Made by a program: the position numbers and the translations under genes | Shown: positions 29,262 to 39,753 of the stretch, piece by piece | Layout: every line of letters starts with the position of its first letter | Position numbering within the stretch: position 1 is the stretch's first letter | Source of the DNA: Leptonemataceae bacterium | GTDB lineage: Bacteria > Spirochaetota > Leptospiria > Leptospirales > Leptonemataceae | Length of the DNA: 64,000 nucleotides | NCBI GenBank assembly: GCA_965207725.1 | Contig: OZ242290.1 | Location: forward strand, 861,025-925,024 | Direction: 5' to 3' | The notes under the pieces: generated by a model | Seen by the model: the letters and a program-made list of their open reading frames with translations, nothing else | Told to the model about the DNA's origin: nothing | The model's database searches: none

Positions 29262-31526
29262 ATGATTAAACGTGAGTTTAAGGAGTTTCGTGAGAATTTG
29301 GCGCAAACAAAGGCAAAAAACCAGCGTCACTTATCCTTGCGCAATGGATTGTTTGTTGTCATTCTTATTTTTATCTATTTTGGGCTACAGTTAGTTCAAC
29401 ATCCAAATCATTTTTCCAATTTTTCTGCTCTTGAAAAAGAATCAAAATTTTCTTTTAGTGAAATGGTAGGTCAAATGCGATTTTTCTTTATGCACAACGA
29501 TCTGAATTTATATGAGTGGCAGTATTTTATTCCCGCTCACGGTTTTGAGAGTGGGAATTCGATCGACAGGTTAAATCAGTCACAAGGAGAATGGAAACCC
29601 CTTCAAGAGTTAAAACGGAATCAATTAGGTAACCATTTATGGATTAGAATTGAGGCGGCGGATATGCGGCAACAATGCGAAAGGCTCAATTCTCAATCGT
29701 GGCAAATCACTAGACCAAAACAGACGGAAAATTCCTGTGATAATTTATATTTATTCAGTGGTAAGTGGACTCATCCACTCACTATTTATAACGATCGCAA
29801 ACAGATATTAATGGCAGATCAAGATACAAATCTAAAAGATTCCCACCTAGCAAGATTTTTGAGATGGAAATGGATCCCCATCAAGTTACCAACGGAGGTT
29901 CTTTATTTTGCTATTCAGATCAATGGAAATCCTAGTGAGTTCTTTATGGCATTGCCTTGGATAAGTACGCGACAGTCGGTATTCTATACCATATTTTGGC
30001 GAAATCTTGATTTGCTGATTGTAATCGCGCTCTTATTCTGGCTCTTTGCAAAAATTGGGGCAGCCACCCAGTTTTCTAAATTTTTTCTCAGTCTACTGAC
30101 TTTTACTTTTATTTGGATTGGGCTGTTATTGATGGAAGGGATACCGTTTTTAGCGGGCACAATTGTCTCTTTTGTCACGATTACAAATGTTGTACTATTT
30201 TTCCCTTTAGTTTCTTTCTTTTACGTAATGTTATTTCGGAGGTGGCGATGGGATACTTGGGGTTGGAAAGCACTGGTCAAAACTGGCAGCAAATCCTTTT
30301 TTGCTGCCAGTTATCTCTTGCTTTGCCTGCTCGTGAGTATCATTGTATTCGTGAGTCCTTGGGCAGTCTATTTTGTCTACTTTGTTTTGCCGTGTTGTCT
30401 AGTTATACTCTTGATGTATTCGATGATTTTTGTCTCGCACAAGAAGCATCGGTGGCAGTTAGGGGGCTTACTTTTGCTTACAATTGCCATTGTCCATCAG
30501 GCAGTCTATACCTGGGAAATTCCGCTAATGCTTCCGCAAAAATTTGTCCTTTGGGCGGGAATTTTCTTTATTTATTTTCTCACAACAAAAATGGTCGCTG
30601 AAAAGGACTATCGTGATCAATTTTTGATATCCTATCTCGCCTATAAGCGCAAGATCAGCTTTGAGTTAGCCCAGCTCAATCAATCGTATAGTCGGTTTGT
30701 TCCTATGGAGTTTGTACGGATTTTACAAAAGGAGAAAATCACCGAGGTCGCCCTTGGTGATAATATCGAAATCAAGGTCACCATCATGGTTACGGATATG
30801 CACTCCTTTACAACATTTTCCGAAAAAATGTCACCATCAGAAAATTTCCGTTTTGTCAATTCCTATCTGGATCAAGTAGGGCCAGTGATTCGTAGCCACT
30901 ATGGTTTTGTCATGAAATTTCTTGGCGATGGGCTTATGGCCGTCTTCCCGGCTAAACCAGAAGATGCGATTCATGCAGCAATTAAAATTCAAAAAAACAT
31001 GATCCACTACAATGAATACCGGAAAAAGAAAAATCGTCAGGCAGTACTTACTGGAATTGGTATTCATACCGGGGTCGTGAGGCTCGGGACAGTGGGTGAA
31101 GTAGAACGGATCCAAGGAGATATTATTTCGGATGCGGCAAATCTAGCCTCGCGGATCGAAGGTTTAACCCGAGAGTATGGAGCAACCATTCTCATGAGTC
31201 AAGACACCAAGATGGAATTAGAAGAATATTCAGATTTTGATATGCGTACTCTTGATCGAGTCAAAGTAAAGGGTAAGAATAAAGAAACCAAAGTAATTGA
31301 AGTTTTATCGTCACAAATAGATCCCTATGCCACCTTAAAGATATCGAGCAAGTCTACCTTTGAGGATGGCTTTCGCGCGCTCTATTTTGACAAGAAATAT
31401 CTCCACGCCGTAGATTGTTTTGAAGCCGTTTTACGAGAAAATCCAAATGATTCATCGGCACAGGTTCTCATGGATCGAGCCACTTACAAAGTCTTGAATG
31501 AAAGCGGCTTGCAAGCTACACACTAG
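29262..31526 (+). CDS. class III adenylate/guanylate cyclase with N-terminal periplasmic sensor + 7TM (7TMR-DISM-like) module and C-terminal TPR-like tail
   Basis: A domain of about 200 aa outside the membrane, then seven hydrophobic helices, then a CYCc domain (VTIMVTDMHSFTTFSEKM...FLGDGLMAVF...GIGIHTGVVRLGTVG...GDIISDAANLASRIE). Confidence 0.85.
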   Translation: MIKREFKEFRENLAQTKAKNQRHLSLRNGLFVVILIFIYFGLQLVQHPNHFSNFSALEKESKFSFSEMVGQMRFFFMHNDLNLYEWQYFIPAHGFESGNSIDRLNQSQGEWKPLQELKRNQLGNHLWIRIEAADMRQQCERLNSQSWQITRPKQTENSCDNLYLFSGKWTHPLTIYNDRKQILMADQDTNLKDSHLARFLRWKWIPIKLPTEVLYFAIQINGNPSEFFMALPWISTRQSVFYTIFWRNLDLLIVIALLFWLFAKIGAATQFSKFFLSLLTFTFIWIGLLLMEGIPFLAGTIVSFVTITNVVLFFPLVSFFYVMLFRRWRWDTWGWKALVKTGSKSFFAASYLLLCLLVSIIVFVSPWAVYFVYFVLPCCLVILLMYSMIFVSHKKHRWQLGGLLLLTIAIVHQAVYTWEIPLMLPQKFVLWAGIFFIYFLTTKMVAEKDYRDQFLISYLAYKRKISFELAQLNQSYSRFVPMEFVRILQKEKITEVALGDNIEIKVTIMVTDMHSFTTFSEKMSPSENFRFVNSYLDQVGPVIRSHYGFVMKFLGDGLMAVFPAKPEDAIHAAIKIQKNMIHYNEYRKKKNRQAVLTGIGIHTGVVRLGTVGEVERIQGDIISDAANLASRIEGLTREYGATILMSQDTKMELEEYSDFDMRTLDRVKVKGKNKETKVIEVLSSQIDPYATLKISSKSTFEDGFRALYFDKKYLHAVDCFEAVLRENPNDSSAQVLMDRATYKVLNESGLQATH

Positions 31527-31628
31527 CGGCGCTTTCAATACGCTTTTCCTACTTCCATGTTTTTGGCGACACCTTGATTACCCATCAGGTATCTTTATTC
31601 TTCTACCTATACTCTTAGGAGATGGGTT

Positions 31629-32378
31629 TTATTTTTTGTAATTATCGAGGAACCCTTTGATCAGGTCAATCGGTAGCGGGAAGATCGTAGTGGAATTTTT
31701 ATCCCCAGCAATCTCCGAAAGAGTTTGTAGGTAGCGAAGCTGGATGGTCACTGGGTTTTTTGCAATCATATCTGCTGCTTGTGCTAATTTTTCAGACGCT
31801 TGATATTCTCCTTCACTGGCAATAATTTTTGCTCGTCGTTCACGTTCCGCTTCGGCTTGTCGTGCCATCGCCCTTTGCATGTTTTCTGGTAAATCCACAT
31901 GTTTTACTTCTACCATTGAGACCTTAATTCCCCAAGAATCAGTGGATTCATCTATGACACTACGAAGTTTTCGATTTATTTCTTCTCTATTTGAAAGAAT
32001 ATCATCTAAATCTGATTCACCAATGATTGATCGTAATGAAGTTTGCGCTAATTGTGAGGTTGCGTACAAATAATCTTGTACTTCAATGATTGCCTTTTCG
32101 GGGCTCATGACGCGAAAGTAAATTACCGCATTGACCTTCATGGTCACATTGTCTTTGGTAATTACATCTTGCGGAGGCACATCCATTGCAATGACTTGAG
32201 TGGTTACTTTGATCATCTTATCTATAACAGGAATCAGAAGGATGAGCCCTGGTCCTTTCACTTTTAAGAAACGACCCAGCCGAAATACTACCGCACGTTC
32301 GTACTCGTTGAGAATACGGATTGCAAGAGCAAGAAAAGTTATCGTTAATACTATGAGTGCTAAAAGTTGCATATTCAA
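31629..32378 (-). CDS. SPFH/band-7 (stomatin-like) membrane protein
   Basis: N-terminal TM helix followed by an SPFH domain (VVFRLGRF...[13 protein letters not shown]...[30 protein letters not shown]). Confidence 0.85.
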   Translation of the reverse strand: MNMQLLALIVLTITFLALAIRILNEYERAVVFRLGRFLKVKGPGLILLIPVIDKMIKVTTQVIAMDVPPQDVITKDNVTMKVNAVIYFRVMSPEKAIIEVQDYLYATSQLAQTSLRSIIGESDLDDILSNREEINRKLRSVIDESTDSWGIKVSMVEVKHVDLPENMQRAMARQAEAERERRAKIIASEGEYQASEKLAQAADMIAKNPVTIQLRYLQTLSEIAGDKNSTTIFPLPIDLIKGFLDNYKK

Positions 32379-32544
32379 ATTATGTTTATCAGCAGGTGAC
32401 TTACCAAGACCAAGTTAATTTCATTGCTTTCAATAGTCAAGTTTTTTGAGTTTCTTGTGAGAATAGGAAAAAAAATCTCTGCAGATAGGCGATTTGTATC
32501 GTTGGATATCAAGATGACAGCTCAATCGCTGGCGACAGTCGTCA

Positions 32545-34308
32545 CTACTTGCTCTCTATTCGATTCGCCGACACCTCGATTGGTCGATTTATTTGTTCTT
32601 TAATTGAGGGAAGAGCTTCTTTTTTCCTTCTTAGGCGGTGGTACTGCAGGGCAAAGCGATGAGCTTCATCACGGATGTGGCGCAGCAATAAGAGCGCCGG
32701 CTCGTTTTTTTTTAAACGTAATAATTTATTCTCAAAATAAATTTCTTCGTTTGCTTTGGCTAGAGCGATAATCGGCATTGAATAAAGATTATTCTGCCGA
32801 GCAGCTTTTTTTGCGGCATTCAATTGTCCTTGCCCGCCGTCTATAATGAGAAGGTCTGGCTGCACGAGGTTTTCGTGCTGTAAACGTCTCAGGCGACGGA
32901 ATAAGACTTCAAAGATCGCTTGAAAGTCATCAATTTTGTGGGCAGAGACGCTACGGATTTTGTAGCGTCGATAAGATGAACTATTGGGGACCCCATCGAG
33001 GAACTGAACACTGCTGGCACTGGTTGCTTGTCCAGCGGTATGAGAAATATCAAAGCATTCCATGATGGCTGGTGTCGCTGGCAATTGAAAAAGCTGTTTG
33101 ATTTCTTGGAGGGCAATTTCCCGCTCTTTGCGGTACTGTACTGCTAACAAGTGTTCGTTCAGTAAAAGGGCAGCATTTTTCTGTGCTAGTCGATAAACGC
33201 CAATTTGCTTTATTTTGCTCAGGATTCTCGACTTTTGTTGCCATTTTTTGTGAAAGGTTTGCTCCAATAATTTTTTATCTTCGACTTTGATCGGCGAGAG
33301 AATTCTTGCGGGAGGCAGATTTTCCAAATAGTGATCGCGGAGAAAACTGCGAATAATTTCACCATCGGAATATTTCTGCACTCCGATAATGAGGAATGCC
33401 AACTTACTCAAAATATTGCCGTTGCGTAACTGAAAAATCACTATCTGGGCAGTATCGCCGTCGTTTCTCGCCAAGGCAATCAAGTCAGCATCTGCTTCTT
33501 GATGGAGTACGTTGCGTCTTTGTTGAAACTTGGAAATCGATCGCAAAATATTGCGAATTTGTGCGGCCTGTTCGTATGATTGTTTATCACTATAAGTAAT
33601 CATCTTTTTTTCCAGTTCGCTCATGAGAACGTCATGCCTACCCTGCAAGAACAAGGTTACCTGATGAACTATTTGTGAGTACTTTTGCACATCGACATTT
33701 CCTTGGCAGGGTGCGAGACAACGTTGGATATGATAATTCAAGCAAGGAGCTTTTTTATTTTTTAAGGGCAGTTTTTGCCGAATCTTGCGGAGTTTGAAAG
33801 ATTTATCAACAAAGGCAAGAATATTCCGTGTCGCGCGAACATTGGTATACGGGCCAAAATAGAGCTGGCTATCTGCTTTCTTTTGTCGAGTGATGACCAA
33901 CTGTGGATAGGTATCATGGATGGTCAATTTCAGATATGGATACTTTTTATCGTCCTTTAAGCGAGCATTGTATTTGGGCTGATGGGACTTCACCAAATTT
34001 GCTTCTAAAAGATAGGCTTCTTCTTCGTTTTCAGTAATAATCCAATCAAGGCGATTGGCCTCGCTGATCATCGCTTGAGTCTTGCGAAGTTTTTCATTCA
34101 GATATGACTTCAAGCGGTTGCGAAGATTTTTTGCTTTGCCGACATAGAGTAACTCATCGTTTTTTGACCAAGAATAGCAGCCGCAACTGAGCGGTGCATT
34201 GGCGATTGTTACTCGTAGCTCTGTGAAATCCTGGAAGCATCTACCTTTTCTAGGTGCCTTTCTGCTCAAATTTAAAGGTGATTGTCCTCTATTAGTAATG
34301 ACTTTCAT
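32545..34308 (-). CDS. uvrC: excinuclease ABC subunit C
   Basis: GIY-YIG motif (LYVGKAKNLRNRLKSY...DWIITENEEEAYLLEANLVKSHQPKYN), a UvrC central domain, and a C-terminal RNase H-like/HhH region. The N-terminal 35 aa or so may be an over-extension. Confidence 0.85.
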   Translation of the reverse strand: MKVITNRGQSPLNLSRKAPRKGRCFQDFTELRVTIANAPLSCGCYSWSKNDELLYVGKAKNLRNRLKSYLNEKLRKTQAMISEANRLDWIITENEEEAYLLEANLVKSHQPKYNARLKDDKKYPYLKLTIHDTYPQLVITRQKKADSQLYFGPYTNVRATRNILAFVDKSFKLRKIRQKLPLKNKKAPCLNYHIQRCLAPCQGNVDVQKYSQIVHQVTLFLQGRHDVLMSELEKKMITYSDKQSYEQAAQIRNILRSISKFQQRRNVLHQEADADLIALARNDGDTAQIVIFQLRNGNILSKLAFLIIGVQKYSDGEIIRSFLRDHYLENLPPARILSPIKVEDKKLLEQTFHKKWQQKSRILSKIKQIGVYRLAQKNAALLLNEHLLAVQYRKEREIALQEIKQLFQLPATPAIMECFDISHTAGQATSASSVQFLDGVPNSSSYRRYKIRSVSAHKIDDFQAIFEVLFRRLRRLQHENLVQPDLLIIDGGQGQLNAAKKAARQNNLYSMPIIALAKANEEIYFENKLLRLKKNEPALLLLRHIRDEAHRFALQYHRLRRKKEALPSIKEQINRPIEVSANRIESK

Positions 34309-34491
34309 AGGTACCGGCTCAAATATGCCCCATTTTTTAAGTTTTCACAACAAAAAAACTTGTTAGCAATAAACTCGTGAACTCAATTTTTATGAAACAG
34401 CTGTTTGCTTGCGAGCAATCGGTAATTTATGCGATGAATGGCATATTTTTCCCTTTTTGACTCATTCTCATCAAAAGAAAGAAAAAAAAGT

Positions 34492-34521
34492 TTGACATGA
34501 TTTATCTTTTGTACTTATACT
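34492..34521 (+). promoter_or_regulatory. sigma70-like promoter candidate for the 34.5-42.3 kb operon
   Basis: TTGACA (34492-34497), an 18-bp spacer, then TATACT (34516-34521). It is followed by GGAGG (34543-34547) 5 nt before the ATG at 34553. Confidence 0.4.
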
Positions 34522-34552
34522 GGCGATATTGTATAAAGGAATGGAGGTATGA

Positions 34553-36556
34553 ATGAGTTTTTCACAATTTCCTAAGAGTCCGAATAAGATTGATCCGATA
34601 ATCCCGAGCGCGGTAGCCTCGCGGACATCCCTAGTTTGGGAAGGTCGGAGTAAGCCAGCGGAATCGAAGAAAATAATTGATGAGGCGGCAAAATATATTT
34701 CAGAATATACGAAAATTAAATTGCCACCGGAGATCACAAAAGATCTGGACGTTATGGCCAGTCTTGAAGATAAAATATACAACTATGTGAATCAAGCTTA
34801 CGTGAACATGTTCAATCGTTATGCGATAACGGTTGAAGATGAGATGGTAAAGAAGGTTCGTGATTTTGTAGATAAAGAAGAGATAAAGAATTTAGCCCGC
34901 TATACGCCACGGGAAATCACTGAGATCCTTGATAAGGTTGGTGGTGCCGATAAGTTCAATACTGGTGAAGTTGAAAAATCAGTGGTGAATATGTATGGTC
35001 ACTTGCAAGGTCATATCCAAAGAGGTGTGTATGATCTAGAGGTAGAGACAAATGCGATTTTACGGCAGAAACAAGACGTTGGTTCGTTTGTCCGCGGGGA
35101 AAACGCCTATGCCATCGTAAAGTGTGCTTTTAAGGACAGTCGCGCTAAGCCAAAGACCGTTACTGATATTAAATTATCTGTAAATATTTTGGATTCTGAG
35201 TTGATCAGTCCTATTTTTCACTATCAGGTAACAGTTGAGCATTTGCTCAAAGAGCAATTGGCGTCACATATAACCTATCTGATTGATCGTGAAATTGAAA
35301 AATTAAAGGATGAAATTGTCGATGCTGGGAAACAAGAGATGTCTTCTGGTGAAGTTATGTTTGCGAAGATTAAGTCTACTGAGAGTTTTACGGATGACAA
35401 TGTCAGCGATCCAAACTCTAGGAGATATACAATTCTATCGAAAAAATTTATAGATAGAATTGAAGGATTGCGGGCAGAAATTGATCAGGATGAATATGAT
35501 CCACTTAATTTGCGAGAGCAAATTAAATCGATTATCGATTCTGAGAATATTCGTAATCGTGGCTTCAATACTGCAGTAAACACAATTACTTCGATATTGG
35601 ATAGCTCAAAATTGGGATATCAGTACTGCGATAACAAAAAGAATGCCCGTGAGGCAATCATCCGCGAATATGAGGATCAGAACGAAGATCATCTACCCGA
35701 TGAACGCTATCAGCTGAGATTGGTGTACTACGATCAAAATCAAATCCGCGACTTAAAACGGATATATGATCAAAGGATAAATGCATTTTTCCGCGAGGTT
35801 CAAGTGGTTTGGGACGTTGTTAATGCGCTTCATGAAAGAAGTAAGAGACGAGCGTTTGGCTTTCTCCCCAAGAAAATCACTGATTTTGAGGATCTTTGTA
35901 TGTCCATAATGCCAGCTCAATGGCGAAAAGAACGCAAGGAGCTAGCAGAAGATGAAGACGAATTGCAATGGCGCACACTTCAGTTCCGCGATCATTCGAG
36001 TACTTTTGTTGAGAAAAACAATCGCACTTATTCCACTGAGATTAAGAATAATGGTGATATGTTGAATCAAATGCGCAAGGATTTACAAAAGCTCTTTGGC
36101 TACCAAAATCCCATGGAAAGGGTATTGGTAGAGGAGAGATTAATGTTTCTTGAACACGAATTCAATGATTTCACCTACGAAGTCAATCCACATCATCTGC
36201 AGCCAGGAGTATTGCTGGACGTTGATATGACGACTACGAAACGTAAACAGTATATGATGCGGGCAATGGCAAATGTATTAAATGAATTCCTGTTTGGAAT
36301 TTCACAAGGTTTTGCTGATGCTGCCTTTGCTACATTCTCTCGAAGAAGATCTACGACGAGAGATACTGCCGACTATACTTTTACTGAAGTTCAAGAAGGA
36401 GAATCTGTGAGTAGCACTGCCTACGAGCAAAGAATGTCCTCTTTTTCCTCTGGTCAGAGTCAGACTATGGGTGGATCACAAAGTTCCGCAAATGTAACCC
36501 CAAGGTCGCTTAAGGATTCTAATCCAGATAAGGGTTCGGGTTTGCAAGAACTGTAA
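34553..36556 (+). CDS. hypothetical soluble protein, 667 aa (first gene of uncharacterised operon)
   Basis: Long ORF with a strong SD. There are no Walker or other catalytic motifs. The N-terminus is Pro-rich and the C-terminal tail (about 80 aa) is Ser/Thr/Gln-rich and low-complexity (RRRSTTRDTADYTFTEVQEGESVSSTAYEQRMSSFSSGQSQTMGGSQSS). Confidence 0.6.
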   Translation: MSFSQFPKSPNKIDPIIPSAVASRTSLVWEGRSKPAESKKIIDEAAKYISEYTKIKLPPEITKDLDVMASLEDKIYNYVNQAYVNMFNRYAITVEDEMVKKVRDFVDKEEIKNLARYTPREITEILDKVGGADKFNTGEVEKSVVNMYGHLQGHIQRGVYDLEVETNAILRQKQDVGSFVRGENAYAIVKCAFKDSRAKPKTVTDIKLSVNILDSELISPIFHYQVTVEHLLKEQLASHITYLIDREIEKLKDEIVDAGKQEMSSGEVMFAKIKSTESFTDDNVSDPNSRRYTILSKKFIDRIEGLRAEIDQDEYDPLNLREQIKSIIDSENIRNRGFNTAVNTITSILDSSKLGYQYCDNKKNAREAIIREYEDQNEDHLPDERYQLRLVYYDQNQIRDLKRIYDQRINAFFREVQVVWDVVNALHERSKRRAFGFLPKKITDFEDLCMSIMPAQWRKERKELAEDEDELQWRTLQFRDHSSTFVEKNNRTYSTEIKNNGDMLNQMRKDLQKLFGYQNPMERVLVEERLMFLEHEFNDFTYEVNPHHLQPGVLLDVDMTTTKRKQYMMRAMANVLNEFLFGISQGFADAAFATFSRRRSTTRDTADYTFTEVQEGESVSSTAYEQRMSSFSSGQSQTMGGSQSSANVTPRSLKDSNPDKGSGLQEL

Positions 36557-36748
36557 TTGATTGAGATACTACTTCAGTAGCGATTGATGCAATATCAGTT
36601 GCTATTGAAGTGAGGCAGATGTAATATCTATCAAGATTGATGGACTGAAGCACGGAACTGAGAAAAAAATATATAAAAAAGGAAAAAATAATCAAACTGA
36701 GTATAATAATAGATGTGTAGATTATTTCATGAATGAGGGTAAGATCAA

Positions 36749-37729
36749 ATGATAGATAATGTAAAAGTTGATTTTAGTAACATTGGGCGAAAAAAATCTT
36801 ACAATACTGTCTTACGTCATATGTTGAACGTGACAGACATGGTCAACAGAGTAGGGAAGGGTGAAAATCTCGCAGAAATATTAAATGCTGCGCTTGAGGA
36901 AAAGAAGATAATGGAAGATCAGCTTCTTCCGTTGGTTTCATTGATTTTGGTGCAGAAGTACAACTATCAATATCGAGCCGAAAATTTGAGTATGGAATTC
37001 AATGACTTTGAATCTCTAGTGGCTATGTGTCAAAAATGCGAGTCGTTAGATTTTGTGATCACCTATTTTCATCCGAATTCTAAAGTATGCGTTTTGAATC
37101 CTAAGAAAATTGGCCTTTGGCAGGAGCATGTGCAGAGTCTGCACAAAAACGAGCTGTTGGTGGTCTATGTCCAGAATAAAAGGAAAGATAAGGAATTGAA
37201 CCAACGAGCACTAAAGATTTTATTTGATTTTTTTAATGGCCAAGATATCAAGGAACTTGATACGGATTTCACATCGCATGTAACAGATGCTGCTACTTGG
37301 GAAGCCCCTAACAAGAGCGAAGGAGACCCTGCAAGCGTTGCTGTTCTTACGGAAAAAAAAGTATCCACCCAAACTGCTCCATCAACAGCAAAGCAAAAGA
37401 AAAATTTGACTCCACAATATTCAGTTCAGGTAACCAATGAACTATTTCATAATGGAAACGTGGAGGCTTGGAAAAATATTATTGCATCGTATCAGGATCG
37501 ATATCCAAGTTGCCGAGTCTTAGTCTACTACGAAGGTGAACTAATTCAAGATTTAAATGCCCTCTTTAAGTGGGGTAAAGTGAAACATGGTGGAGTCCTC
37601 TTGTTTCAGGTTTTGGGAGAAGATATTAGTGACGTGAGACGTTTACAAAAATATTTGTTTGAAGGTGCTTCCTCACGTTATGAAGCATTTCTTAAGCAAG
37701 ACATTTATCGCCATTTAAATCTCTTTTAA
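36749..37729 (+). CDS. hypothetical protein, 326 aa
   Basis: Same-strand ORF with no recognisable motifs; part of the cluster. Confidence 0.5.
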   Translation: MIDNVKVDFSNIGRKKSYNTVLRHMLNVTDMVNRVGKGENLAEILNAALEEKKIMEDQLLPLVSLILVQKYNYQYRAENLSMEFNDFESLVAMCQKCESLDFVITYFHPNSKVCVLNPKKIGLWQEHVQSLHKNELLVVYVQNKRKDKELNQRALKILFDFFNGQDIKELDTDFTSHVTDAATWEAPNKSEGDPASVAVLTEKKVSTQTAPSTAKQKKNLTPQYSVQVTNELFHNGNVEAWKNIIASYQDRYPSCRVLVYYEGELIQDLNALFKWGKVKHGGVLLFQVLGEDISDVRRLQKYLFEGASSRYEAFLKQDIYRHLNLF

Positions 37730-37762
37730 TAAATGACAATTTGTTGGGAACGGAACTGAAAA

Positions 37763-38485
37763 ATGTTTTCCAAGTACTTTTCGCAGCAACAAACAAGTAT
37801 TCTTAAATCAAAAAAGAATACTCCGGTCAAAAAGCCAAATCAGGCTAGCAAGACAAAAAATCTCAAAGCATACCGATCTTTTTTTTCGTTTTTGAAGGAT
37901 CACTTGCCTTATGAGTATGCGTTAGCGACTGGCAAGGTCCGCAATCATCAAAAAATATTGAGTAAAAACTGTGATCTACTTGTATATAAGAAATGGTGTG
38001 ATGCCTATTTAGAATTGAGCGGGGGCTATGTTATCGTCGATGATATATACGCTTTTATGACTGTGGAGATGGCCGCATCTCCTGCGAGCTTACGTGCTCA
38101 TGTAAACTTGACCAGTGCCATGAAAAATCTGAAGTCTAGTGAAATTAACGCAGAAAAAAAGCAAGAGGAATTAATTCCTATTTATTCGGTTTATTTTTCT
38201 TACTCATCTTTACAACAATTACCAGATGTCAAAGAGGCACTATTGTCCTTATGTGAAGAAAAAAAAATTCCAATAAATGAAAGGCCGGATATTCTCTGTA
38301 TTTTAGATCAGGGAATTTTGGTTCGAGACTGGGAGAAAGGAGGGGATTACCGGGGGCTACTTACGGAAAATGAAACTCTTATGTGGTTTTATATTTTATT
38401 TTTGGAGCACATTGATGTAAAAGGTGGTTTGAGTATTAATTTGCGGAATTTTGTCAAAAGCAACAGGGTCTATGATGAATGCTGA
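37763..38485 (+). CDS. hypothetical protein, 240 aa
   Basis: Same-strand ORF 33 nt after the previous gene, with a Lys-rich N-terminus and no recognisable motifs. Confidence 0.5.
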   Translation: MFSKYFSQQQTSILKSKKNTPVKKPNQASKTKNLKAYRSFFSFLKDHLPYEYALATGKVRNHQKILSKNCDLLVYKKWCDAYLELSGGYVIVDDIYAFMTVEMAASPASLRAHVNLTSAMKNLKSSEINAEKKQEELIPIYSVYFSYSSLQQLPDVKEALLSLCEEKKIPINERPDILCILDQGILVRDWEKGGDYRGLLTENETLMWFYILFLEHIDVKGGLSINLRNFVKSNRVYDEC

Positions 38486-38604
38486 TTGGACGAATTCGGG
38501 GGAAAATCAAATTACAAGGAGAGTCTTTGAAATATTGTTGGACAAAGGTATAGTCTGAGCGATAATAAGAGATAAATACTGAAAGGAAGCAAATTAATTT
38601 TCTT

Positions 38605-39753
38605 ATGAATATTATCAAAAACAAAATGAGCAAACCAAGAGGACTTGCGAGAACTTTGTCTAGAGTTACCATGAAATCTTTTGTTTTGCTTTTGTTTCTT
38701 GTAGCTTCTTGCCAGAGTGATTCTCCTCGAGATTTTATTTTATCGATTGATACCTCTGGTTCTATGTTTCAGGGCAATTCACCGGATGAGAAGATGATCA
38801 ACCGAGTAAAAGATGCGATAGAGCCTTTGGTTGATCTTACAAAAAAGGATGACCGAGTTTACTTAATATCTTTCGATGATGGTGTGCAAACTCATCTTGA
38901 TTTTGAAATTCAAGACGAAAGCGATAAGCAGATGATCATTGAAACGGTCCGATCCTTTGATGCCAAGGGAGCGTATACTGATATGGGGAGCATGGTTCTT
39001 TCTATACGCGAATATTTAATCGAGAGACATGAGGAGGATCGAGACACATTTGTGATTATTCTCTCAGATGGGATTGATGATCCTAATCCGCAACGGGAAT
39101 CAAGTTTTCAAATTCAGCTAGAAGATTTGGCGATAGATGGGAATAAACCGATTGGATCCTTTGAGGACACTTACATTTATTATTTGAGTGTGGGACTCTT
39201 GGTAGACGAAGGATTGATCAAGGATTTAGAAGGTATTGCCCCAGATCAAGTTCGGACCATTGAGGATGGAGATCCTTCCTCAAGTATTGCATCTTTGATT
39301 AATGATTTGGAGAGCAAAAGAAGGATACAGTATATCGAAAATTTAGTAAAGGAATACGATATGGAAATTGGAATTCTCATCATGCTCATCATTTTATTAC
39401 TTTTTATTCGGATACAGATTACTCGAAACAAGGTAAAGGGCAAATTCTTTTATTATAATCGGAAATTGGGTAGCTATACTGAGAAGTCATTTGTCTTAGA
39501 TCGATTAAAGAAGCATCGAGTGGTCATTGGCTCCAAGATAGGCGTAGATTTGCTCATCCGTGGATTGAAACTCAAAAAGCCGTTGGTACTGAGAGCAGTG
39601 AACCTAGAAGATGGATTCGGTTTAATCGCAAGTAAAAAGAGTAGAGGTCTCATATCGTATAGTCAGCAAAAGGAAGAGGGAAAAATTTCGATTGATGATA
39701 GATTCTCGATTGGAGATTTTGATTTTAGATATGCTAAGAAAAAAAGAAATTAG
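38605..39753 (+). CDS. lipoprotein with periplasmic von Willebrand factor A domain, one TM helix and a cytoplasmic FHA-like domain
   Basis: Lipobox LVASC; the likely true start is MKSFVLLL at 38671. VWA MIDAS motif ILSIDTSGSM...ISFDDG...SDGIDD. TM helix IGILIMLIILLLFIRI. The C-terminal FHA-like pattern is HRVVIGSKIGVDLLIRG...GLISYS...FSIGDFDFRY. Confidence 0.6.
   Translation: MNIIKNKMSKPRGLARTLSRVTMKSFVLLLFLVASCQSDSPRDFILSIDTSGSMFQGNSPDEKMINRVKDAIEPLVDLTKKDDRVYLISFDDGVQTHLDFEIQDESDKQMIIETVRSFDAKGAYTDMGSMVLSIREYLIERHEEDRDTFVIILSDGIDDPNPQRESSFQIQLEDLAIDGNKPIGSFEDTYIYYLSVGLLVDEGLIKDLEGIAPDQVRTIEDGDPSSSIASLINDLESKRRIQYIENLVKEYDMEIGILIMLIILLLFIRIQITRNKVKGKFFYYNRKLGSYTEKSFVLDRLKKHRVVIGSKIGVDLLIRGLKLKKPLVLRAVNLEDGFGLIASKKSRGLISYSQQKEEGKISIDDRFSIGDFDFRYAKKKRN

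Noticed and set aside
30113-30601. 162-aa plus-strand ORF
   Set aside because: It is an alternative frame inside the adenylate cyclase gene (TM region); the Cys/Leu-rich translation is a frame artefact.
34471-34782. 103-aa minus-strand ORF
   Set aside because: It overlaps the promoter, RBS and 5' coding region of the 667-aa gene. There are no motifs, and it conflicts with the strongly supported plus-strand start at 34553.
36557-36748. Imperfect 10-bp hairpin (CTTCAGTAGC ... GCTATTGAAG) in the gap between the first and second operon genes
   Set aside because: It has a 19-nt loop, a G·U pair and no downstream U-tract, so it is not convincing as a terminator. It could be an mRNA processing or stability element, but the evidence is too weak to call.
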